This document shows, piece after piece, positions 54,283-64,000 of a DNA stretch of 64,000 bases. A program made the translations under genes and the position numbers. The notes below the pieces were generated by a model. The model saw nothing but the letters and a program-made list of their open reading frames with translations. It did not search any database and was not told where the DNA came from. The DNA is from an uncultured Gemmatimonadales bacterium (GTDB taxonomy: Bacteria > Gemmatimonadota > Gemmatimonadetes > Gemmatimonadales > Gemmatimonadaceae), in the NCBI GenBank assembly GCA_963707505.1, contig CAVPQB010000004.1:1056001-1120000 (forward strand), given 5' to 3'. How positions within the stretch are numbered: the first letter of the stretch is position 1; every line of letters begins with the position of its first letter.

Positions 54283-54421
54283 CCGAAAAAAACTAGCGAC
54301 AGTGGCCGTTATGCGCGCCTGCGAGTGTCTGGCGATTCCGAAATACATCGGTGCAGCGATTTGATCGCGCGCGAGTAGCCAGGCTACGCCGCTCTCGAGG
54401 GCGCGATGCTAAACTCGTCTC

Positions 54422-54814
54422 ATGCTGACCGGACGACAGCGGCTGGGGATCAAAGGCGAGTCGATCGCTGCCAGGTGGCTCGTGCTGCGTGGGTGGGAGA
54501 TTCTGGACCGACGGTTCCAGAGTGGCCATCGCGATCTCGACCTTGTGGTTTGCAAGCCGGAGGAGGGCAGTTCGGCTCGACTTGTCGCTTTCGTCGAGGT
54601 CAGGACTCGATTTTCGACGGATTTTGGGACCCCTGCCGAGACAGTCGGGTGGAAGAAACAGCGTGAGCTGGCGAGGTCGGCGCGTGCCTGGATCGCGTCG
54701 AACAGGCGTTCGGGCGATCAGTACCGGTTTGACGTGGTGGGGGTGATAGTGGGCGAGGCTCGGGTGCAGATTCAGTATGTGCCGGACGCTTTCTGGTTGC
54801 GCTCCTTCGGTTGA
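54422..54814 (+). CDS. yraN: YraN/UPF0102 family nuclease-like protein
   Basis: [38 protein letters not shown]. Confidence 0.88.
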   Translation: MLTGRQRLGIKGESIAARWLVLRGWEILDRRFQSGHRDLDLVVCKPEEGSSARLVAFVEVRTRFSTDFGTPAETVGWKKQRELARSARAWIASNRRSGDQYRFDVVGVIVGEARVQIQYVPDAFWLRSFG

Positions 54815-54845
54815 TTTTCGGTCTGTTATTTCGTATTTTGTTCGG
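54805..54845 (+). promoter_or_regulatory. recA promoter (TTGATT-17 bp-TATTTT) overlapped by two TTCG-N7-TTCG sites
   Basis: TTCG 54806/54817 and TTCG 54830/54841; -35 at 54811, -10 at 54834. Confidence 0.6.
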
Positions 54846-54956
54846 GGCCTCTGTGGTGCGAAAGAACCTGGGGAATCCCGGCGGTTTTGCCCGGAAACAC
54901 GAATCCGGATCGGGCAGTCCGGAGTTATCTTACATCAGCAAAAGGAAAAGGGACCA

Positions 54957-56009
54957 ATGGGTGCTTCCACCATGCAGGACGACAAGAAGAAGGCGTTGAA
55001 CCTCGCGGTGGCGCAGATCGAGAAGAACTGCGGCAAGGGTTCAATCATGCGGATGGGCACGAGCACCGCTGGTGTGCGCGTTGACTCGATCTCGACGGGC
55101 GCCATCAATCTTGATGCGGCGATTGGAATAGGTGGTATTCCAAGAGGACGAGTGACCGAGATCTACGGTCCGGAATCGAGCGGCAAGACGACGTTGTGTT
55201 TGCACGTCGTTGCGAATGCGCAGAAGAACGGCGGCGTCGCTGCCTACATCGATGCGGAGCACGCGCTCGATACGGAATACGCGTCCAAGCTCGGTGTGGA
55301 TGTGGAGAACCTCCTGGTCTCGCAGCCTGATACCGGCGAGCAGGCGCTCGAGATCTGCGAGATACTCGTGCGCTCTGGCGCGGTTGACGTCGTGGTGATC
55401 GACTCGGTTGCGGCGCTCGTTCCGAAGGCTGAGATCGAAGGTGACATGGGTGACTCGCATGTCGGTTTGCAGGCACGATTGATGAGTCAGGCGCTTCGCA
55501 AGTTGACTGGCGCGATCGCACGATCCAACACGTCGGTGATCTTCATCAACCAGCTGCGTGAGAAGATCGGTGTGATGTTCGGCAATCCCGAGACGACGAC
55601 CGGTGGAAAGGCGCTCAAGTTCTACGCGTCTGTTCGTCTCGACATTCGCCGCATCGGGCCGGTAAAGGACAAGGAGGACGTGGTGGGATCGCACGTCCGC
55701 GTGAAGGTCGTGAAGAACAAGGTCGCCCCGCCGTTCAAGCAGGCTGAGTTCGACATCATGTACGCGGAAGGGATCAGTCACTCGTCGCTGGTGCTGGATA
55801 TTGCCGCCGAGAACGGCATAATTGACAAGTCGGGCGCGTGGTACAGTTATGGCAGTCAGAGGATCGGGCAGGGTCGTGAGAACGCCAAGCTCTACCTCAA
55901 GGACAACGCTGCCTTGATGTCCGAAGTAGAAGTAAAAGTGAAGGCTCTGCTTGGAATTACCGCTACGACAGCGGTCGCAGCGGAGCCCGAGGCGGTCGAA
56001 GAGGTTTAA
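54957..56009 (+). CDS. recA: Recombinase RecA
   Basis: [54 protein letters not shown]. Confidence 0.98.
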   Translation: MGASTMQDDKKKALNLAVAQIEKNCGKGSIMRMGTSTAGVRVDSISTGAINLDAAIGIGGIPRGRVTEIYGPESSGKTTLCLHVVANAQKNGGVAAYIDAEHALDTEYASKLGVDVENLLVSQPDTGEQALEICEILVRSGAVDVVVIDSVAALVPKAEIEGDMGDSHVGLQARLMSQALRKLTGAIARSNTSVIFINQLREKIGVMFGNPETTTGGKALKFYASVRLDIRRIGPVKDKEDVVGSHVRVKVVKNKVAPPFKQAEFDIMYAEGISHSSLVLDIAAENGIIDKSGAWYSYGSQRIGQGRENAKLYLKDNAALMSEVEVKVKALLGITATTAVAAEPEAVEEV

Positions 56010-56131
56010 CCTCTCTCGGTCCATAAACGGATGTGTCGCCGAGTTGGTGCGGTTTGTAGGAGATGGGGCCCGGACTCCCCGCCTAATGCGAATCGTATCG
56101 GCTCGGCGACTGTCGTTTCCGGGTAACAGCT

Positions 56132-56596
56132 GTGGCGCAGACGCCATATAACCGCGCACTGGACCTCCTCTCCGCACGACCCTACACCGTGCGCCAGTTG
56201 CGTCGCAAGCTCGTTCAGAAGGAAGTACCGGCCGATGAGGCGGACGCTGTCATCGAGCGCTTGCTCGGTGCCGGTCTGCTGGACGATGAGCGGTATGCGC
56301 TTGGCTATGCACGGTCCAAGCTCGTGGGGCAGGGCTCGTCGGCGCGCCGGATATCGCAGGACCTCGCTCGGAAGGGTGTGAGCGCCGAACTGAGCAAGCA
56401 GGCCATCGAGCAGGTAGTAATCGATGAGGAGATCGACACGCGCGCCGTAATCGAGCGAGTGGCGCGCAAAAAGCTCGCGTCAATGGGCGATCTGGAGCCG
56501 GTTGTACTGCGCCGCCGATTGTTCGCGTTCCTGGCGCGACGCGGATATGAGATGGACGAGATTCGCGAAGTCGTCGCTGCGGTGGGGAAGACGTAG
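56132..56596 (+). CDS. recX: Regulatory protein RecX
   Basis: ALDLLSAR..QLRRKL, LLDDERYA, FLARRGY; directly downstream of recA. Confidence 0.88.
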   Translation: MAQTPYNRALDLLSARPYTVRQLRRKLVQKEVPADEADAVIERLLGAGLLDDERYALGYARSKLVGQGSSARRISQDLARKGVSAELSKQAIEQVVIDEEIDTRAVIERVARKKLASMGDLEPVVLRRRLFAFLARRGYEMDEIREVVAAVGKT

Positions 56597-56637
56597 GGCG
56601 AGAGTGTGGACTCAGCCTGTCTATATTTCAAGGCTAT

Positions 56638-59351
<2,714 letters not shown>

Positions 59352-59355
<4 letters not shown>

Positions 59356-59699
59356 CGGCGGCGCAGGAATCTTTTGGAGCGTGGCTGGATGGCAAGCTCG
59401 AATCCGTGCCGCAGGAGCTCGCGGTGCGCATCCGGGCCGTGCTTCCGTCCGACTGGCGCAACGCGGCAACGGTAGACGCGCCCGCGTTACTGACGGATGC
59501 CGCGTCGTGTGAGCTTCGGGGACTGCTTGAGCGCGGATGCGAGGAGCGTTGGGCGGCGCCTGGATTGCTCGTCGTGGATGCGCTCATTACCTATGCGTGC
59601 GAGCTCGTCGCACTTTCCGGCGGTGATATGGAAGCCGACTCGGTCACAATTCTCAATGCGATTGCGGCGACGTTGCCACCGGAGGAGTCAGCCACGTGA
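59352..59699 (+). CDS. Hypothetical helical protein
   Basis: Translationally coupled (GTGA overlaps) between alaS and asparaginase; LLVVDALITYACE segment. Confidence 0.65.
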
Positions 59700-60664
59700 T
59701 CGTCATTCTGTTCACTGGTGGCACGATCGCAATGCGCAACGATCCGACGGCGCGCGGCAACACGCCTGCGCTGACGGGTGCGGAGATCGTGAAGGCGACC
59801 CGTGGCATCGACAATACGAGTGCGGTCGAGACAGAGGATTGGGGTCATTTCCCCGGCCCGCACATGAACGTCGCACGTATCTGGGCGCTACGGAATCGCA
59901 TCGCGGAGCATCTTGCCCGCGACGAAGTTGCGGGTGTCGTCGTCACCCATGGCACGGACACGCTCGAGGAGTCGGCGTACTTCGTGGCACGCGCGCTGTC
60001 GTCGCCCAAGCCAGTCGTGTTCACCGGTGCTATGCGCACGCAGAGCGACCTCGGCTGGGACGGACCGGCGAATCTGTTTGAAGCAGTGCACGTAGCAGCG
60101 AGCCCTGCGTCGGTGGGGCAGGGTGTGATGGTGGTTCTGAGCGGGCAGATTTTCACGGCACTCGACGTTACCAAATCGAATACTCAGCTGCTCGATGCGT
60201 TCGAGAGCCCGGGGTTGGGTCCCATCGGATATCTAGATGAAGGCGAGGTTATCTTCCGGCGCGAGCTGCCTGCGTTGATCCCGCCGATCATACCAGTCAC
60301 ACCGGCGACCCCGGTCGATATTTTCTTCGCCTCTGCCGGATGCGACTCTCGACTGCTCGATGCGGTGCGCGATGAGTCGCGGGGAGCGGTGATCGCGGCG
60401 ATGGGACGCGGTAACGTGCCGCCGGAAATGGTGCCGGGGATTGGTCGTTACATCGCCGATGGGAAACCTGTCGTGATCACTTCGCGCACCGGCGGTGGAC
60501 GCGTAGGTCACACTTACGCGTATCCCGGTGGCGGGCGCACGCTGGAAGACATGGGAGCGATACTGGCCGGTTCCCGTCGTCCGCAACAGGCTCGCATCGA
60601 TCTCATGCTGGCGCTGGGCGCCGGTGTCAGCGACGGGGAATTGCGCGCACTGTTCTCGAGCTGA
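59696..60664 (+). CDS. Asparaginase/glutaminase family protein
   Basis: FTGGTIA, VTHGTDTLEE, FTGAMR, AFESP, GRGN, SRTGGG. Confidence 0.92.
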   Translation: MIVILFTGGTIAMRNDPTARGNTPALTGAEIVKATRGIDNTSAVETEDWGHFPGPHMNVARIWALRNRIAEHLARDEVAGVVVTHGTDTLEESAYFVARALSSPKPVVFTGAMRTQSDLGWDGPANLFEAVHVAASPASVGQGVMVVLSGQIFTALDVTKSNTQLLDAFESPGLGPIGYLDEGEVIFRRELPALIPPIIPVTPATPVDIFFASAGCDSRLLDAVRDESRGAVIAAMGRGNVPPEMVPGIGRYIADGKPVVITSRTGGGRVGHTYAYPGGGRTLEDMGAILAGSRRPQQARIDLMLALGAGVSDGELRALFSS

Positions 60665-60670
60665 GATCGC

Positions 60671-61954
60671 ATGCCGCTGATGCAACCGCCAGAAACCGTG
60701 GTCGAGATCACGCGAGTACTCGAAGCCGCAGGTTACGAGGCCTGGTGCGTTGGTGGCGGCGTGCGCGACGCATTGCTCGGCATCCCCAATCTCGATTGGG
60801 ATCTTACTACCAGTGCGAGGCCATTGCAGGTTCGCAAGTTGTTCAGACGCACGGTACCGGTCGGAATCGAATTCGGGACAATCGGCGTACTGGATGAGAC
60901 GAATGTCATGCACGAAATCACGACGTTCCGGTCCGACGTCGAAACCGACGGACGGCACGCCGTGGTCAAGTTCGGCGAATCTCTCGACGATGATCTCGCG
61001 CGGCGCGACTTCACCATCAATGCAATCGCGTATTCCCCCTCGCGCGACGAACTGCGCGATCCGTTCGGAGGTCGACGCGATCTTGCCGAGCGCGTTCTCC
61101 GCGCGGTCGGTGTCCCGAAGGAGCGCATGCGTGAAGACAGATTGCGCGCTCTCCGTGCAATTCGGTTCGCGTCGCGTTTTGGTTTCACGATGGACCCGGC
61201 CACATGGCAGGCGATTCTCGTGAGCGCGCCGCACCTCGGCAGACTGTCACCCGAGCGTGTGCAACAGGAGATCGTCAAGACGATGAGTCAGGTTGCGTTG
61301 CCGAGTGCCGCGTTCCGCATGTGGCGTGAGAGCGGCGCGTTCGCGGAGCTTGTTCCCGGCCTGGTGGGAATTACCGACATCGAGCTACTGGCGCTCGATC
61401 ATTTGCGCCTTCCGCGACTTGCCAGGCGACCGCAGCGGTTGCAGCTTCGTCTTGCCGGGCTCTTTTCCGCAGCTCGCCCTGGCACGGTGCTCGCCATGCT
61501 CAAAGCGTTGCGGTTCTCGAATGCGGATGCCGCGTGGATCGGAGGCCTGATCGAGCGGTGGCACGACATGGGGCGCGGAATGAAGAACGAGCTGATGCGG
61601 CCCGAGCCGCCGACTGATTCACTCTTGCGTGCATGGGCAGGCCAGGCTGGCCGTACGCGGCTCGCTTCATTGCTGCGCATCGCAGACGCGCACTGGTGGG
61701 CCGAGCGAGAGCGGGGCCGGCCGGCACCATCGCGCGAACGGGTCGAATCCGTCTATCGCCGCGCGATTCGGATCGCTTATCGAGACCCGGTTGAAATCTC
61801 GGACCTTGCTGTTGACGGCGACGACCTTCAACGCATAGGTATCACGGGAAAGCGGCTCGGCGAAACGCTACGCGCGTTGTTGCAATACGTCCTTGAAGAT
61901 CCGAGCCGTAACACACCGGACGTCCTGTTGAGCCGTGCACGAGGACACGCATGA
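60671..61954 (+). CDS. cca: CCA tRNA nucleotidyltransferase (class II)
   Basis: VGGGVRD, DWDLTT, RRDFTINA, EDRLRALRAIRF, SPERV. Confidence 0.88.
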   Translation: MPLMQPPETVVEITRVLEAAGYEAWCVGGGVRDALLGIPNLDWDLTTSARPLQVRKLFRRTVPVGIEFGTIGVLDETNVMHEITTFRSDVETDGRHAVVKFGESLDDDLARRDFTINAIAYSPSRDELRDPFGGRRDLAERVLRAVGVPKERMREDRLRALRAIRFASRFGFTMDPATWQAILVSAPHLGRLSPERVQQEIVKTMSQVALPSAAFRMWRESGAFAELVPGLVGITDIELLALDHLRLPRLARRPQRLQLRLAGLFSAARPGTVLAMLKALRFSNADAAWIGGLIERWHDMGRGMKNELMRPEPPTDSLLRAWAGQAGRTRLASLLRIADAHWWAERERGRPAPSRERVESVYRRAIRIAYRDPVEISDLAVDGDDLQRIGITGKRLGETLRALLQYVLEDPSRNTPDVLLSRARGHA

Positions 61955-62484
61955 TCTTTCGCAGCCGTCCGCAACAGGCTACCGTGTGGCGTAGATTCCG
62001 CTCCGGTCACGACGGATTCACCTTCGAGGAATCCCGGGAAGGCTACTTCGAAGCACATGTCGCCGCGAACGCCGAGCGCGCGGTCGATCTGACACATCTG
62101 CTCGCGGAGCATCTTCCGCCGGCGGTTGACGTCGCGCTCACCGATCATCGTAGCAGGATCACGTGGACCGGTACCGACGTTGCGTTGCCCGATGTACGGG
62201 ATGCCATCGCGCGACTCAAGGTTCCACTCGCGACGTATGCGGGCGTGGACATCACGATCTTCACGCCGGAAGATCAACTGTCGTTGACCGCGGAGCTGGA
62301 CCTGTATGCGTTCGGCCGCAGTGACCGCTGGTTGTATCTACTGCAGGCGCTTGGACTCGAGCAGTACGGTGCGGTGGCAGAAAAGGGTTGGCGCGGTCAA
62401 CCGTGGGATCGCTCACCGGCCACAGTGCTTACGACGGCGCTCGTCGCCGCGGCTGAGCGGCTATCGCTCACACGCACGCCATGA
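61951..62484 (+). CDS. Hypothetical protein
   Basis: ATGA overlaps on both sides, coding-like composition; no family recognised. Confidence 0.65.
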   Translation: MIFRSRPQQATVWRRFRSGHDGFTFEESREGYFEAHVAANAERAVDLTHLLAEHLPPAVDVALTDHRSRITWTGTDVALPDVRDAIARLKVPLATYAGVDITIFTPEDQLSLTAELDLYAFGRSDRWLYLLQALGLEQYGAVAEKGWRGQPWDRSPATVLTTALVAAAERLSLTRTP

Positions 62485-63200
62485 GCATAGCCGCGCTGAT
62501 TGCGGCGATAGTTGCCGCGCTCGCGAACGTGGTCGGCGCCGCACTCGTTACGGGCCGGCGCGTATGGAGTCCGCGCGATCTCGACACGATGATAGCGTTC
62601 TCCGGCGGCTTCATGATATCCGTTGCGGTTGTGGACATGATTCCGGATGCGATTACGACGCACGGGGTAACTGCAGGCTGGATGGTTCTTATCGGATACC
62701 TCGCCGTTCATCTCACGCAACACACACTCGTACCGCACTTCCACTTTGGTGAGGAGACTCACCACGTCACCCGGGCGGTTGGAATCTCGGCCTTGATCGG
62801 GCTCATGCTGCACATGTTGATGGATGGCGTGGCGATTGCGAGTGGATTCGCCGCCGGCTCGAGTGTTGGAACGCTGGTAGTTGCTGCGATCATTCTGCAC
62901 AAGCTGCCCGAGGGATCGACGGTGTCGAGTCTGTTTCTGGCGGCGGGATTCAACCGGCAGAATGCACTTGGCGCGGCTGCGCTGCTCGGTCTCGCAACGG
63001 TAGTCGGTGCACTGCTCACCGTGACCTTTGCACCGCTGTCCGAATATGGGCTCGCACTGTCAGGCGGTGTCACGGTGTACGTGGCCGCGTCGAATCTAGT
63101 TCCCGAGTTTCAGCACAAGCATGGCTGGCGCTTTCCAGTCGCGTTCTTTGGTGGCTGCGTGGCGTTCGGCGCGGGACATGCTCTGCTGGCAATTGCCTGA
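62481..63200 (+). CDS. ZIP family divalent metal transporter
   Basis: Multiple TMs, His-rich loop HFHFGEETHH, LHMLMDGVAI, LHKLPEG. Confidence 0.9.
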   Translation: MSIAALIAAIVAALANVVGAALVTGRRVWSPRDLDTMIAFSGGFMISVAVVDMIPDAITTHGVTAGWMVLIGYLAVHLTQHTLVPHFHFGEETHHVTRAVGISALIGLMLHMLMDGVAIASGFAAGSSVGTLVVAAIILHKLPEGSTVSSLFLAAGFNRQNALGAAALLGLATVVGALLTVTFAPLSEYGLALSGGVTVYVAASNLVPEFQHKHGWRFPVAFFGGCVAFGAGHALLAIA

Positions 63201-63215
63201 TCGACCTTGGAGAAA

Positions 63216-64000
63216 ATGCCCAAGCCTCATCGCCGGAGATCCGAGCCGTCGCTGTTCGCGCCACCGTCGTCCGCACAACCGCTCGCGGCGCGCATGCGGC
63301 CGCGGACTCTCGACGAATTCGTCGGACAGGAGCACCTGCTCGCGGCGGGCAAGGCGCTGCGTACTGCGATAGAGCGCGGTACCATCGGATCGATGATCTT
63401 CTGGGGCCCCCCCGGAACAGGCAAGACGACGCTCGGCCGGCTGATCGCCCAGTACACCGATTCTGAGTTTGTCCCGTTTTCCGCGGTGACCGAAGGTGTG
63501 CCGCGAGTGCGCGAGATCGTCGCGGAAGCCGAGGAGCGCCTGGAGCGCGGACGCGCGACCATTCTTTTCGTGGACGAGATTCATCGTTTCAACCGCGCGC
63601 AGCAGGACGCGTTCCTTCCGCACGTCGAGCAGGGCACCATCACGTTGATCGGCGCGACGACTGAAAATCCGTCGTTCGAGGTGAACGGCGCACTGCTGTC
63701 ACGAATGCGCGTCTTCGTCTTGGAGTCGCTTACTGAAGGCGACCTTGTCGCGGTCATCGATCGTGCACTTCACGACGCGGAGCGCGGACTCGGTGCGAGA
63801 AACATTTCGATTGCGGACGACGCGCGCTCGGTGCTTGCGCGTGAGAGCGATGGCGATGCGCGTCGCGCGCTTACTGCGCTGGAAGCATCTGCCACGGACG
63901 TCGGAGACGGCGGCGTTATCACGGTCGATACGGTGCGTGACGCGCTGCAGAAACGGTTCGCGTTGCACGACAAGAGTGGCGAGGCGCACTTCAATCTGTT
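63216..64000 (+). CDS. rarA: Replication-associated recombination protein A (3'-truncated by window edge)
   Basis: Read directly from the sequence (not in the ORF track): PLAARMRPRTLDEFVGQEHL, WGPPGTGKTT, DEIHRFNRAQQD, GATTENPSFE, GDARRAL. Confidence 0.93.
   Translation, partial: MPKPHRRRSEPSLFAPPSSAQPLAARMRPRTLDEFVGQEHLLAAGKALRTAIERGTIGSMIFWGPPGTGKTTLGRLIAQYTDSEFVPFSAVTEGVPRVREIVAEAEERLERGRATILFVDEIHRFNRAQQDAFLPHVEQGTITLIGATTENPSFEVNGALLSRMRVFVLESLTEGDLVAVIDRALHDAERGLGARNISIADDARSVLARESDGDARRALTALEASATDVGDGGVITVDTVRDALQKRFALHDKSGEAHFNL

Overview
GC-rich bacterial chromosomal segment of about 57 genes. Gene content, gene order and protein features are most consistent with a Gemmatimonadota-like, diderm organism (inference, not verified). 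It is mostly housekeeping: ugd-bamD-nadD-secA, radC, rel, an otsA-otsB-GH15 trehalose operon, uvrB-tsaE-tsaB-rimI-ssb, LysM-tol-pal-cpoB-tatC-lptD-radical SAM-TPR-polyprenyl synthase-tatA, a SurA/PpiD-like PPIase, TPR-aroQ-pepP-accB-pilT-accC-comB-ftsK, and yraN-recA-recX-alaS-asparaginase-cca-ZIP-rarA. Many essential genes are broken by single-base (+1) insertions, which look like long-read consensus errors rather than biology. The best candidate for an undescribed system is an accessory block at about 19-28 kb. It has a BlaI repressor and a BlaR1-type M56 sensor whose extracellular domain is a HEAT solenoid, followed by a secreted paralogous HEAT protein. Both HEAT proteins end in exactly seven X-Pro dipeptides, the blaI/M56 promoter and the HEAT-gene promoter carry the same palindromic operator-like motif, and the block is flanked by a divergent S9 peptidase and a DUF5916-like outer-membrane protein. 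Other notable signals are a candidate SOS operator (TTCG-N7-TTCG) shared by recA and uvrB, sigma-54-like promoters on stress genes, and a striking enrichment of D-S/T-[AILVMT] O-glycosylation-like sequons in envelope proteins. No rRNA, tRNA, CRISPR array, integrase or transposase was seen.
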